Assembly (NCBI GenBank): GCA_017511375.1
Contig: JAFWKJ010000002.1
Coordinates: 12,090 to 76,089, forward strand
From: Bacilli bacterium
GTDB taxonomy: Bacteria; Bacillota_I; Bacilli_A; RF39; UBA660
Direction: 5' to 3'
Length of the DNA: 64,000 nt
Shown here: one piece after another, positions 8,906 through 19,657 of the stretch
How the letters are laid out: every line of letters begins with the position of its first letter
How positions within the stretch are numbered: the first letter of the stretch is position 1
The notes under the pieces: model-generated
The model's database searches: none
Told to the model about the DNA's origin: nothing
Seen by the model: the letters and a program-made list of their open reading frames with translations, nothing else
Program-made: the position numbers and the translations under genes

Positions 8906-10453
8906 TTATTCTTTTGTAACATCTATTCTCATAAACAAAGGGCTTGGTTGACCCAATTCATAAGAAAAATCATCAAGATAAACAAAATCCTTACAATCCG
9001 TTTGAATTTGTTCTAATATTTTATTACTTGTTTCTGGTAAGAAAGGCTCAAGTAAAACAGCACATACACGAATAGATTCTAACAAATTATACAAAACCGT
9101 TTCTAAACGATCTTTTTGATTTTCATCTTTTGCTAAAATCCATGGAGTGGTCTCATCAATATACTTATTACTTGAACGAAGAACATTAAATATCTCCGTA
9201 ATGGCATCACTAATTTGTAACTCATCCATTTTCTCAGTAACTTTCTTTTCTAATTGATTAATAGATTGGATAAAGGAATCATCCATCGTATCCGTAATAT
9301 GTTTATTACAAATCTTACCACTAAAGTATTTATTACCCATAGAAATCGTTCTTTGAACTAAATTTCCTAAGATATTAGCAAGATCTCCATTAATTCTTTC
9401 AATTAACAAATCACGTGTAAAAACACCATCACTAGCAAATGGAATTTCATGTAAGAAGTAATATCTGACAGCGTCTACACCAAATTCATCTACTAAATCA
9501 TCTGCATAGATGACATTTCCTCTAGATTTACTCATCTTTCCATCACTCATGATTAACCAAGGATGTCCAAACACCTGTTTTGGAAGAGGAACATCTAAAC
9601 TCATTAAGAAACAAGGCCAATAAATCGTATGAAAACGAATAATATCTTTTCCTATTAAATGCAAGTCAGCTGGCCATTTATAAGCAAATTCATCGTTGCC
9701 TCCATCTACATCATAACCAATATTCGTAATATAATTTGTTAATGCATCTAACCAAACATAAACAACATGTTTAGGATCAAAATCAACAGGAATTCCCCAA
9801 CTAAAAGAAGTACGAGAAACACATAAATCTTGTAATCCAGGTTTAATGAAGTTGTTAATCATCTCATTTTTACGAGCAACAGGTTGAATAAAATCAGGAT
9901 GAGATTCAATATACTCTTCCAATTGTTTTTGATATTTACTCAACTTAAAGAAATAAGCCTCTTCACTCTTCTTTTCAACAACTCTTCCACACTCAGGGCA
10001 AACAACTTGACCTTCTTCATTCTTCACAACTTGACTATCTGTCCAGAAGGATTCATCAGGCGTGCAATACCAACCTTCATACTTATCTAAATAAATATCA
10101 CCCTTATCAAACATATACTTAAAAATATGTTGAACAACTTCTTCATGATGTTTATCTGTAGTACGCACAAAACGATCATAACTCGTATTCATAATATCCC
10201 AAATACGTTTTATATCCGCTGCTTTTTCATCCACAAACTCTTGTGGTGTAACGCCTGCCTCCTTGGCTTTTAATTCAATTTTTTCTCCATGTTCATCAGT
10301 ACCAGTTTGAAAATAAACATCAAAACCTTGTAAGCGCTTGTATCTTGCAATTGCGTCAGCCAAAACAATCTCATATGTATTACCTATATGTGGTTTCCCT
10401 GATGTATAAGCAATTGCCGTTGAAATATAATATTTTTTCTTTTCTTTTTCCAT
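8906..10453 (-). CDS. metG: Methionine--tRNA ligase (short form)
   Basis: HIGH-type PHIGNTYE, KMSKS, and a CPECG zinc knuckle. Start set at ATG 10453 (GGAGGG plus 6 nt). Confidence 0.93.
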   Translation of the reverse strand: MEKEKKKYYISTAIAYTSGKPHIGNTYEIVLADAIARYKRLQGFDVYFQTGTDEHGEKIELKAKEAGVTPQEFVDEKAADIKRIWDIMNTSYDRFVRTTDKHHEEVVQHIFKYMFDKGDIYLDKYEGWYCTPDESFWTDSQVVKNEEGQVVCPECGRVVEKKSEEAYFFKLSKYQKQLEEYIESHPDFIQPVARKNEMINNFIKPGLQDLCVSRTSFSWGIPVDFDPKHVVYVWLDALTNYITNIGYDVDGGNDEFAYKWPADLHLIGKDIIRFHTIYWPCFLMSLDVPLPKQVFGHPWLIMSDGKMSKSRGNVIYADDLVDEFGVDAVRYYFLHEIPFASDGVFTRDLLIERINGDLANILGNLVQRTISMGNKYFSGKICNKHITDTMDDSFIQSINQLEKKVTEKMDELQISDAITEIFNVLRSSNKYIDETTPWILAKDENQKDRLETVLYNLLESIRVCAVLLEPFLPETSNKILEQIQTDCKDFVYLDDFSYELGQPSPLFMRIDVTKE

Positions 10454-10461
10454 AGTCATCC

Positions 10462-10690
10462 CTCCAAAAAAAAGACTATTACAAATGTAAGGACGAATCA
10501 TCGCGGTACCACCTTACTTCATAATAATCTCTATTACACACTTTATACGTTAACGCCGCCTACGCCTATACCTACCTATCAATATAGAAGTTCAGAAGCC
10601 ATACTGCTTAATTCTGTTTATGCTTATTTCCACCAACAAAGCTCTCTCTAATAACCGTCTGAAAAAAGCGCTCTTCATCAAAACATTTCA
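10462..10690 (-). promoter_or_regulatory. T-box leader upstream of metG
   Basis: On the minus strand: TGATGAAGAGC stem I start; AGAGAGAGC...GGTGGAA box; conserved T-box AAGGTGGTACCGCGA at 10501-10515; U8 tract at 10464-10473. Candidate AUG specifier at 10600-10602. I could not resolve the terminator helix by eye. Confidence 0.85.
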
Positions 10691-10726
10691 AATATGCACA
10701 TAATATAACACAAAAGAAAGCAATAA

Positions 10727-11365
10727 TCAAGCATCCCTATCATTTAGTAATCGAGAATGTTCTAAAGTAAATAAATAACGATCCCCTTGCTCTTTAATTG
10801 CATTCATAAGCGTTGTGTCTTTCACTAAAATTTTTAATTCACAACTCTCAATCAATTGTTTTTGATAAGGTCCCTTATAATACTTCGTAAAATCTTGAAG
10901 AATATTATCATAAACTTTCTCCTCAACAGAATCGGATAAGAGTTCAGTAAAATGTCCTAATATCTCTTTCTGATAAGCCTCATTAAATCTTTCTTTTAAC
11001 TCTTTTTTGATATTTTTATTAATACTCATAAAATCCTTTTTAGTGATTTTAACAATCTCTTTATCACGTAATTTTTCCCCTTCAACGATCTTTTTTAATG
11101 GGGATATACGAATCCTTTTAATTTTTTCACAACAATCTAATAAATAGATACGATAAGAATCCAATAGTGAATCCATTTTTTCTGTATGAAATACAATTTG
11201 ATTTTTTTTAGCAAGTTCTAATAATTTCATACGTAATGAATCCATAGAATCTAATGGGGGTTTCTTTAATACCGAAACAATATCTTGATCTACTAAACAC
11301 TCCGTATTATTTTTAATAATATCCATTAGACATGTCCTATAATTATCCTCATGTTGTTTTAACAA
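10727..11365 (-). CDS. Hypothetical protein
   Basis: Long ORF between mfd and the metG leader with no motif I recognise. The start is uncertain (see finding). Confidence 0.6.
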   Translation of the reverse strand: MLKQHEDNYRTCLMDIIKNNTECLVDQDIVSVLKKPPLDSMDSLRMKLLELAKKNQIVFHTEKMDSLLDSYRIYLLDCCEKIKRIRISPLKKIVEGEKLRDKEIVKITKKDFMSINKNIKKELKERFNEAYQKEILGHFTELLSDSVEEKVYDNILQDFTKYYKGPYQKQLIESCELKILVKDTTLMNAIKEQGDRYLFTLEHSRLLNDRDA

Positions 11366-11422
11366 TTCATCTAACTCTAAATTCTTTATGTTTACACCTC
11401 CAGTATTTTAAATGTAGCAATT

Positions 11423-14400
11423 CTATTTTTTCTCGTCAAGAGAATGATTTAAATTGTCATTAATTTTACTAAGTAAATCTACCAAATAATAAATAGGATG
11501 TTTATCTAACTTAATAATATCTAAAACAATTACTAAATTAGAACCCTTACTCACAAAGCGAAACATGGTACTTATATGAAAAGCATCCATAAACAATTGT
11601 TCCGTATCCAAATTTGAAACGGCTTCAGAATTAAAGACAAGTTCAATAGAATTACGTGTTTGATGAACCTTAGTAAGATGTACTTTTTTCGCTAATTTTT
11701 CAAACCACTCTTCATACATATAAATTAGTATTTCTTCAGATAATTTACCAAACCGATCTTCTAATTCAGTTTTAACAGATTTAAAAGTTGATAAAGAATC
11801 AATCGAATTAATCTTTTTGTGAATTTCAATCTTAAGATCATCCTCAGATACATATTGATCAGAAATATGAGTTGTAACACTAATAAGGGGTTTACTTTCT
11901 TCCTCTTTTTCTTCCTCAACTTCTTCATGATTACGATTCTTGATTTCATCGTTTAAAAGTTTTAGATACAAATCAATTCCTATGGAGTCAATGAAACCAG
12001 CTTGTTCTGAACCAAGAATATCTCCCGCTCCACGAATCGATAAATCTCTCGTCGCAATTGAAAAACCACTTCCCAGTTCCGTAAACTCTTTAATAACATT
12101 TAACCTTTTCATCGCTGTTTCTGTTAAAGATTTGAATGGTTGATACATTAAATAAGCATACGCAAATTTATCACTTCGACCCACTCTTCCACGAATTTGG
12201 TATAACTGACTCAATCCAAATCGATCAGCATCCATAATGATAAGTGTATTAACATTAGGAATATCAATACCCGTTTCAATAATAGTCGTACATATTAAAA
12301 TATCATATTTATGTTTCACAAAATCATAAATCGTAGATTCTAACTTGTTTTTATTCATTTGACCATGCGCAATCGCAATTCTCGCATCAGGAGCAATCAT
12401 TTGAATACGATTAGAAAATTCATCAATCGATTGAACCCGATTATATAAGATAAAGATTTGACCATCTCTAGATAATTCCTTATAAATCGCATCTTTTAAG
12501 ATTTGTTTGTTTTCCTCCACTACATAAGTCTGAACAGGATAACGATTAACCGGAGGGGTATCTATTAAAGACAAACTTCTTATTCCTACAAGAGACATTT
12601 GTAAGGTACGAGGAATAGGCGTTGCCGTTAAAGTAAGTACATCCACATTTGTTTTATACTGTTTGATTTTTTCTTTATGAAGAACCCCAAACCTTTGTTC
12701 CTCATCTATAATTAAGAGTCCAAGATCTTTTAATTGAACATCATCACTTAATAAACGATGTGTTCCTATCAACATATCAATCGTACCATCCTTAATACCT
12801 TGAAGAATACGTTTTGTCTCTTTAGCAGTCGTAAAACGATTTAATAAAGCAATAGAAACAGGAAAATTACGAAAACGATTTAAGGCATTCTCATAATGTT
12901 GATTAGATAAAATAGTCGTTGGGCATAAAAACAAAACCTGTTTCGAATCTAGGATAGCTTTAAAAGCCGCCGTAAAAGCAACTTCTGTCTTTCCAAAGCC
13001 AACATCGCCACATAACAAACGATCCATAGGAGAAACAGACTCCATATCTTCTTTGATTTGAGAAATAGCACGAACTTGATCAGGCGTTAAATCATAGGGA
13101 AAATCCTTCTCAAAATCCAAAGATAAATCACAATCTTTAGAAAAGGAAAATCCTTTTTTCATTTCTCTTTCCGCATACAATTTAATAAGCTGATCCGCCA
13201 TGTCACTCACACGAGATTTAACCCGATTCTTTGTCTTTTGCCACTCTGTTCCACCCAATTTATTAATTTTAGGAACAACCCCTTCTCTACCAGAATACTT
13301 AGAAATTAAATCAATCTTTTCCACAGGAATATAAATCTTATCTGTTCCCTGGTATAGAATTTCCAAATAATCCTTTGTAATATCATTTAAAGAAAGCGTT
13401 TTAATACCATTATAAACACCAATTCCATGAACATTATGAACGACATAATCTCCTACATTCAATTTATTCACATCATGAATAACAGAGGCATATTTATATT
13501 TCGTTTGGTATTTTTTCTTGGTAGAAATACTATTAAATAATTCGTTCCCCGTAATAACAACATAAGAATGAAAAACAAAACCCTGATTCATAGCGCAATC
13601 TACTAAATTAACACATCCTTTTTGTAGATGTTCAAAATCAGTTTCCACTACCTTCATATTTAAATATTTATAAACCGTTCTAAATTGATATTTTTTGATA
13701 CTTAAAACAACAATCTTTTGACTATGAATAGAATCCATAATAAATTGGTTTATTCTAGATGTATCTTCATGAAAGTTCTGAATAGCTTTTATATGAAAAT
13801 GATAATTAGAAGATTCTTTCATAGAATCAAGATTATCTAAAGAATGATAATAAACAGGGTAATCACAAACGATTTCTCCAAAATCAAACATATAATTACC
13901 TTTGTAATCTATATCTTTATCTTCCTTATAAGTAATGACTTCATTCATAATATTTTGATAAGACAACTCTAATTGATTATAATCCTTAAAAAAAGTATAA
14001 CAATCACCCATATAATCAAGAATATTATTCACTTTCTCATAGACAGGAAGATACTTTTGTTTTCCAAAATGTTCCTCTAACACTTTCTTAGAAGTTAAAA
14101 ATTCAGAAAAAGGTAAAATTGATATGGATTCTAACTTTGAAATAGATTTTTGTGTATCCGGATCAAAATAACGAATAGACTCAATTTCATCATCAAAAAA
14201 CTCAATTCGAACAGGAGCTTCTTCATCAACAGGAAAAACATCTATCACAAAACCTCTTACTCCAAATTCCCCCGTTTTATTCACGATAGTATCTCTCGAA
14301 TAGCCAAGAGAAACAAGGTGTTCTGCCAACAAACTTGGCGCAATGGTTTCTCCCACTTTTAAAGATAAAATACGAGATTGGTATGTTTGATAATTAGGAA

Positions 14401-14743
14401 GATATCTTAAATATCCCATTAGGTTTGTAATAACAACACAAGGTGTATTGGTGGTTATTGTATGAATTGTCTCAAGTCTTGTAATCATTAAATCAGGAGA
14501 TATCGCAAGTGCTTCACTCGTTAAAAAATCATCCATTGGGAACAAATAAACTTGATCCATATAATTATTTAATGTGTTATAAATCTTATTTGCTTCAAAC
14601 AAACTATCTACAACCAATAAAATATTCTTCTTATTTTTTTGAAATAAGGCTTTTAAAACAACACAAAAAAACTCATCGGTCAGATTATATAGACCCATGT
14701 CTTTTTTGATTTCAAATTGTAATACATCATCCAGTAAATTCAT
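11423..14743 (-). CDS. mfd: Transcription-repair coupling factor
   Basis: 1106 aa with GDVGFGKTEVA, DEEQRFGV, a RecG-like helicase core and a TRCF C-terminal domain. pth-mfd synteny. Confidence 0.95.
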   Translation of the reverse strand: MNLLDDVLQFEIKKDMGLYNLTDEFFCVVLKALFQKNKKNILLVVDSLFEANKIYNTLNNYMDQVYLFPMDDFLTSEALAISPDLMITRLETIHTITTNTPCVVITNLMGYLRYLPNYQTYQSRILSLKVGETIAPSLLAEHLVSLGYSRDTIVNKTGEFGVRGFVIDVFPVDEEAPVRIEFFDDEIESIRYFDPDTQKSISKLESISILPFSEFLTSKKVLEEHFGKQKYLPVYEKVNNILDYMGDCYTFFKDYNQLELSYQNIMNEVITYKEDKDIDYKGNYMFDFGEIVCDYPVYYHSLDNLDSMKESSNYHFHIKAIQNFHEDTSRINQFIMDSIHSQKIVVLSIKKYQFRTVYKYLNMKVVETDFEHLQKGCVNLVDCAMNQGFVFHSYVVITGNELFNSISTKKKYQTKYKYASVIHDVNKLNVGDYVVHNVHGIGVYNGIKTLSLNDITKDYLEILYQGTDKIYIPVEKIDLISKYSGREGVVPKINKLGGTEWQKTKNRVKSRVSDMADQLIKLYAEREMKKGFSFSKDCDLSLDFEKDFPYDLTPDQVRAISQIKEDMESVSPMDRLLCGDVGFGKTEVAFTAAFKAILDSKQVLFLCPTTILSNQHYENALNRFRNFPVSIALLNRFTTAKETKRILQGIKDGTIDMLIGTHRLLSDDVQLKDLGLLIIDEEQRFGVLHKEKIKQYKTNVDVLTLTATPIPRTLQMSLVGIRSLSLIDTPPVNRYPVQTYVVEENKQILKDAIYKELSRDGQIFILYNRVQSIDEFSNRIQMIAPDARIAIAHGQMNKNKLESTIYDFVKHKYDILICTTIIETGIDIPNVNTLIIMDADRFGLSQLYQIRGRVGRSDKFAYAYLMYQPFKSLTETAMKRLNVIKEFTELGSGFSIATRDLSIRGAGDILGSEQAGFIDSIGIDLYLKLLNDEIKNRNHEEVEEEKEEESKPLISVTTHISDQYVSEDDLKIEIHKKINSIDSLSTFKSVKTELEDRFGKLSEEILIYMYEEWFEKLAKKVHLTKVHQTRNSIELVFNSEAVSNLDTEQLFMDAFHISTMFRFVSKGSNLVIVLDIIKLDKHPIYYLVDLLSKINDNLNHSLDEKK

Positions 14744-14751
14744 CTAATCAC

Positions 14752-15321
14752 CTATTTATTCTTACGATTATATTTATTCATTAACTCCTCAAATGGCATA
14801 GAAAAATAATCATCTAGCACAAAACACAATTCATGAAACAATTCATCAAATACCTTTTTATCATGAGAAGAAATGCTTCCCAAAACATAATCTTTTGTAT
14901 CTAACTCTTTATTATTAGAAATACCTATTTTTAAACGTTTAAATTGAGGTGACCCTAGTTTATTTTCAATATCTCGCAACCCATTATGTCCTCCACAAGA
15001 ACCATATAACTTCAATTTAAAATTACCCACATTCAAATCTAAATCATCAGAAATTACTAAGATATCAGACAAATCTATATGAAAGTAGTCCATCACTTTT
15101 CTAACTGAGTCCCCAGATAAGTTCATATAAGTCTGCGGTTTTAAAAAAATCACTTTTTCGTCTCCCATACTGGTTTGTAGATATTTACCATTAAACTTAG
15201 AAGCCCAAGACGGTTCAATCTTCTTATAATCTAGATAATAATCTAAAAAATTAAAACCAATATTATGTCTCGTATTAGAATACTCCTTACCAGGATTTCC
15301 CAAACCAACAATCAATTTCAT
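14752..15321 (-). CDS. pth: Peptidyl-tRNA hydrolase
   Basis: MKLIVGLGNPG...TRHNIGF. Start set at ATG 15321, which removes the overlap with rsmI. Confidence 0.93.
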   Translation of the reverse strand: MKLIVGLGNPGKEYSNTRHNIGFNFLDYYLDYKKIEPSWASKFNGKYLQTSMGDEKVIFLKPQTYMNLSGDSVRKVMDYFHIDLSDILVISDDLDLNVGNFKLKLYGSCGGHNGLRDIENKLGSPQFKRLKIGISNNKELDTKDYVLGSISSHDKKVFDELFHELCFVLDDYFSMPFEELMNKYNRKNK

Positions 15322-15325
15322 CGTA

Positions 15326-16162
15326 TCACTTCCTATTATGATATTCTTGATAAATAATAGATTTCGCAACGCCTCTTTCTTTAGCAACGGTCTTTATGGC
15401 ATCCATCTCACTCATATCATCTAAATACATTTTAACATGTTCAACCACATCTAAATTACTAAAATCTATTTTTTGAGAGTTCCCCTCTACAACAAGGACA
15501 AACTCCCCCTTCATTGATTCAACCAAAGGAAGAATCTCTTCAATCGTACCCCTAGTATACTCTTCATGAATTTTAGATAGTTCTCTACCAATAGAAATTC
15601 TTCTATTTCCAAATACAGAAAGCATATTTTCTAATGTATTTTTCAAACGATGAACCGCTTCATAAAATATAAGAGTAAAAGGATACTCTTTTAATGCATT
15701 TAATTCCTGTATTTGTTTACTATTTTTACTATTTAAAAAACCATAAAACAAGAAAGGCGATGGCTCTAAACCTGAAGATGTAAGCGCCGGAACAAAGGCA
15801 GTAGCTCCCGGCAAGCTAATAACAGGATAACCGGCTGCAATAACTCCACGGGAAACAATATAACCAGGATCACTAATAATCGGCGTCCCCTGATCCGTCA
15901 CAAGGCCTATATTTAATCCTTCTTTTAATTTAGAAAGAACATAATCAACCATTTTTTCTTCATTAAATTCATGGCAACTCACTAGTTTTTTCTTAATTTG
16001 ATAATGATTCAGTAACATGCCCGTATCTCGTGTGTCTTCACATAATACTTCATCTACCATTTTTAATACATCTAAAGATCGTACGGTTATATCATCTAAA
16101 TTTCCAATAGGAGTTGGTATTAAATATAAACTAGGAGAATCATCATAACTCTTCTGAATCAT
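15326..16162 (-). CDS. rsmI: 16S rRNA (cytidine1402-2'-O)-methyltransferase
   Basis: LYLIPTPIGNLDDIT N-terminus of the tetrapyrrole-methylase fold (YabC). Confidence 0.88.
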   Translation of the reverse strand: MIQKSYDDSPSLYLIPTPIGNLDDITVRSLDVLKMVDEVLCEDTRDTGMLLNHYQIKKKLVSCHEFNEEKMVDYVLSKLKEGLNIGLVTDQGTPIISDPGYIVSRGVIAAGYPVISLPGATAFVPALTSSGLEPSPFLFYGFLNSKNSKQIQELNALKEYPFTLIFYEAVHRLKNTLENMLSVFGNRRISIGRELSKIHEEYTRGTIEEILPLVESMKGEFVLVVEGNSQKIDFSNLDVVEHVKMYLDDMSEMDAIKTVAKERGVAKSIIYQEYHNRK

Positions 16163-16893
16163 TTTATCACTTCCGTTTGTAGTCTTTTATATTCTTCTGT
16201 CATCTCACCATCAAGATTATATAGAATAAGAGGTTTTTCTATGGAAAGACCAACCCCACCCTTTTTTTGACCCTCAACAAGAACCAAAAAAGACACATTT
16301 TCAATCGTCTCATGAACAAATTTAATGCGTTTTGGCTCAATACCATACTTCTTAAAGGATTGAATAACATCCATAAGACGATCTGTCCTATGAACCACAC
16401 ATAAATTCCCATGTTCTTTTAATATTTTATTGGCGCAATCACATAAGGTGTCTAAATCAATTAAAATCTCGTGTCTAGCTACCATTTTTTCATAAGATAA
16501 ATTTTTCGTACTCTTCTCATTATTTTTAAAATAAGGAGGATTACACAAAACCAAATCATAAGAATGAAATCGATTTTTATCATTAGAAAAATTTTTCACA
16601 TCATCTAAAAATAGTTGAATACGATCCTCTAATGAATTATATTGAACCGAATGGCAAGCAAGTTGATATAATTTTTCTTGAATTTCAACGCCTTCAATAC
16701 TTTTATCACATCTTTGTGATAAAATCAACGGAACAACAGCGTTCCCAGTACAAAAATCAACAATCTTTTTATCTCTTAAACGAATCGTTGAATAATTCGC
16801 AAGAATAATACTATCTAAAGAAAAAGAAAAAAAGAGAGGATTTTGAAATATTTTTAAATTAGGATACCCTAAAATATCATCCATTCTTTCCAT
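16159..16893 (-). CDS. SAM-dependent methyltransferase, YabB/TrmN6-like
   Basis: NPPY motif (LCNPPYF) and a DFCTGN SAM-binding loop. Occupies the position of B. subtilis yabB. Start probably ATG 16893. Confidence 0.75.
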   Translation of the reverse strand: MERMDDILGYPNLKIFQNPLFFSFSLDSIILANYSTIRLRDKKIVDFCTGNAVVPLILSQRCDKSIEGVEIQEKLYQLACHSVQYNSLEDRIQLFLDDVKNFSNDKNRFHSYDLVLCNPPYFKNNEKSTKNLSYEKMVARHEILIDLDTLCDCANKILKEHGNLCVVHRTDRLMDVIQSFKKYGIEPKRIKFVHETIENVSFLVLVEGQKKGGVGLSIEKPLILYNLDGEMTEEYKRLQTEVIK

Positions 16894-17680
16894 TTCTCTT
16901 TTCCCCAGGAAATTTAACAATTCCCTTATCCCCTAAATCAACTGAATACGTATTACCAAATACATCAATATCTACAACTTTACCCATTCCTTCAGGAGTA
17001 TCCATCATCAAACCAAGCTTTGGTAAGGACTTTTTCAACTCAGAATAATTATCATTTTCATATCCCAAACAACATAATAATCTTCCGCAAATACCATTAA
17101 TTTTAGAAGGATTTAACGCTAACATCTGATTTTTTGCCATATTAATTGAAACGCTATCAAAATCAGTTAGGAAGGAATTACAGCATAAAAATAATCCACA
17201 AGGTCCTAATCCACCTATTTTTTTAGCTTTATCTCTTACACCAATTTGTCTAAGTTCAATACGAATCTTATACTTCTGAGCCATTTTCTTAACTAAATCT
17301 CGAAAATCAACACGATTATCAGACATAAAAGAAAGAAACATTTGAGAACCATCAAAATTAAGATAAGCATCTACAAAATTCATTTCCAAATCCAAACTTT
17401 TACTAAACTTTTTAGCATCCTCTAAAGCTTTATTTGCCAAAGTACTATTCTTTTTGATAGTTTTTTTATCAGTTTCCCCTACAAGACGCAAAACTTTTTT
17501 TAATGGTAAAATTAAATTTTTCTTTTTTTCAGGAAAAGTTTCCTTACAAACAACTCCAGAAAAAATACCGTTCTCCGTTTCAAATAAAACTTCATCCCCT
17601 TTTTTAAGTTCTAAAGAATTAGGAGAAACATAAAAAATATTATTAGTTTCTTTACTCGCAACAACGACAACATCAATCAT
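16877..17680 (-). CDS. ricT: PSP1-domain protein RicT (YaaT)
   Basis: Cys-rich GPCGLFLCC...CGRLLCC PSP1 signature. holB-yaaT synteny. Confidence 0.88.
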   Translation of the reverse strand: MIDVVVVASKETNNIFYVSPNSLELKKGDEVLFETENGIFSGVVCKETFPEKKKNLILPLKKVLRLVGETDKKTIKKNSTLANKALEDAKKFSKSLDLEMNFVDAYLNFDGSQMFLSFMSDNRVDFRDLVKKMAQKYKIRIELRQIGVRDKAKKIGGLGPCGLFLCCNSFLTDFDSVSINMAKNQMLALNPSKINGICGRLLCCLGYENDNYSELKKSLPKLGLMMDTPEGMGKVVDIDVFGNTYSVDLGDKGIVKFPGEKRNGKNG

Positions 17681-17683
17681 AAT

Positions 17684-18520
17684 TTAACCTCCAATTAATC
17701 TAGAATAAAAGGAATCACACCATAATTTTAAGTTAACATTAAATTTAAGTTTAGGTAGTTCTTCTTCCATTATAGACAAAATATGAATAAGTTCTTTATC
17801 CTTTTTACAAGACAATATATTTATAACATCTTTATGCAATGATTTATTATTTTCTAAATAACTAAGAATAACATTTTCAACCTCTAATAAATGCTTTAAA
17901 ATAACATTTTTATCAACATAAACATCTTTCATATAAGAATTATATTTAATAAAAAAGTTATTAGGGTGAATAATACAATCTAGAAAGTCAAAAAATTGAT
18001 CATCTAAATCCCATAACAAAGAATCTTCTTTCAAAGACAAAACCTGACATCTAGATAAAATAGTATCTAAAACATGATATCGATTATCAGTAACTAAAAT
18101 AGCTATAATATCTTCTTCAGGTTCTTCTAGAAACTTCAAAATAGTATTCGCAGAATAACCATTCAACTTCTCCGCTTCTTTTATCACATAAATTCTCTTT
18201 CCATCCAACATAGATTTATTCATAAAATCTTTTTGTAAATCTGTCAAAAGAGATTTATTGATAACATTGGTATCACTTGAAATAACACTTATATCAGGAT
18301 AATTATGATGATCAATCTGTTCTATAATAGGATTATTAGAAAGATCTACTTCTGAATATGATAAATTACAAATAATCATTTTAATAAAATGAAAAACATA
18401 AGACAAATCATCTTCATAGTTATCTACCTCAACTAAATAAGCATGAGATACCTTATTATTTTGAATAATTTGATCAACATATTTTATAAAATTATTTTTA
18501 ATAATAGACTTATCATTCAT
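17684..18520 (-). CDS. holB: DNA polymerase III delta' subunit
   Basis: HAYL box, FLEEP, and TILSRCQ (SRC motif). Synteny agrees. Confidence 0.82.
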   Translation of the reverse strand: MNDKSIIKNNFIKYVDQIIQNNKVSHAYLVEVDNYEDDLSYVFHFIKMIICNLSYSEVDLSNNPIIEQIDHHNYPDISVISSDTNVINKSLLTDLQKDFMNKSMLDGKRIYVIKEAEKLNGYSANTILKFLEEPEEDIIAILVTDNRYHVLDTILSRCQVLSLKEDSLLWDLDDQFFDFLDCIIHPNNFFIKYNSYMKDVYVDKNVILKHLLEVENVILSYLENNKSLHKDVINILSCKKDKELIHILSIMEEELPKLKFNVNLKLWCDSFYSRLIGG

Positions 18521-18527
18521 AGAACCC

Positions 18528-18725
18528 TCACAAAAAGAAATATTTAAAAAATACTAAACCAACTAATCCAAATAAATCAAACATAGAAACAATGGTTAGC
18601 GTTATCCAATTAATAGGAACACTCATATGAAAATAAATGGCAAAATAATCATAAATATAAAGGACAAAGGCACTAATCGTAATTTTCTTAATACACTTAA
18701 ATAAAAATTTCATAATATCACCCAA
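18528..18725 (-). CDS. bofA: BofA-family small membrane protein (pro-sigma-K processing inhibitor-like)
   Basis: SVPINWITLTIVSMFDLFGLVGLVFFK resembles the BofA sequence HVPINLVTTAISGFLGIPGIAALVVIK. It lies downstream of recR as in Bacillus. Confidence 0.6.
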   Translation of the reverse strand: MGDIMKFLFKCIKKITISAFVLYIYDYFAIYFHMSVPINWITLTIVSMFDLFGLVGLVFFKYFFL

Positions 18726-18750
18726 TAATATTTATGAATAAATGATGAAA

Positions 18751-19347
18751 CTATGAAATTTCTTTACGATCACTCAAAGCCCTTTCTAAAGTAAGACTAT
18801 CAATATACTCCATATCAGCACCAATAGGTAAACCATTGGCAAGTTTAGTAATCTTTATACTCATTCCTTCTAAAATCTTCTTAATATATAAAGCCGTAGT
18901 TTCCCCTTCAATGCTCGGTTTAAAAGCAAAGATAATTTCCTCAAAATTTTCATTATGAAGACGATCTAACAATTTATCAATACCAATATCTTCAGGATTA
19001 ATACCCTCTAGAGGAGAAATCAAACCATTCAAAACATGGTATTTTCCTTTAAATAAACCAATCTTCTCAAACAAGAATACACTTTTTACATCTTCCACAA
19101 CGCAAAGAGTCTTATCATTTCTACTTGAATCAGAACAAATAGAACAAAGATCATCCTCTGTTAAAACATTACAACGAGAACAAGGATGAATTTTATTACG
19201 AACATCCTCTAAACTTTCTTTAAACAACTCAATCTGCATTTCATCCAAGTCAAAAACAGAAAAAGCAAACCTTTCTGCTGTTTTTTCCCCAACACTAGGA
19301 AGATACTTAAAAGCTTCAATTAGATTTTTTAAACTTTCAGGATACAT
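18751..19347 (-). CDS. recR: Recombination protein RecR
   Basis: N-terminal LPSVGEKTAERF helix-hairpin-helix, a C4 zinc finger (CSRCN...CSIC) and a Toprim domain. Confidence 0.93.
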   Translation of the reverse strand: MYPESLKNLIEAFKYLPSVGEKTAERFAFSVFDLDEMQIELFKESLEDVRNKIHPCSRCNVLTEDDLCSICSDSSRNDKTLCVVEDVKSVFLFEKIGLFKGKYHVLNGLISPLEGINPEDIGIDKLLDRLHNENFEEIIFAFKPSIEGETTALYIKKILEGMSIKITKLANGLPIGADMEYIDSLTLERALSDRKEIS

Positions 19348-19643
19348 TAAAACAACCCTGGAATATTACCAAATTTACTCATTTTTTGTTCAGTCACTTT
19401 ATCAATTTTCTTGTTAGCATCATTGATAGCAACAACAATCATATCCTCTAACATTTCAATATCATCTTTATCTAAACTATCTTGAGAATTAATTTCAACT
19501 TTAGTAACTTCCTTTGACCCTTTCATAGTAATTTTAACTAAAGAACTTTCCCCAACAAATTCAGTGGAATCAATCTCTTCCTTCGCTTTCATCATATCTT
19601 TTTGTAAAGCTTGAGCTTGCTTTAACATAGCTTGCATATTCAT
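19347..19643 (-). CDS. ybaB: Nucleoid-associated protein YbaB/EbfC
   Basis: MNMQAMLKQAQALQKDM... family signature. Start set at ATG 19643 (AAGGAG plus 8 nt). dnaX-ybaB-recR order. Confidence 0.9.
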   Translation of the reverse strand: MNMQAMLKQAQALQKDMMKAKEEIDSTEFVGESSLVKITMKGSKEVTKVEINSQDSLDKDDIEMLEDMIVVAINDANKKIDKVTEQKMSKFGNIPGLF

Positions 19644-19657
19644 AATCATTTCTCCTT

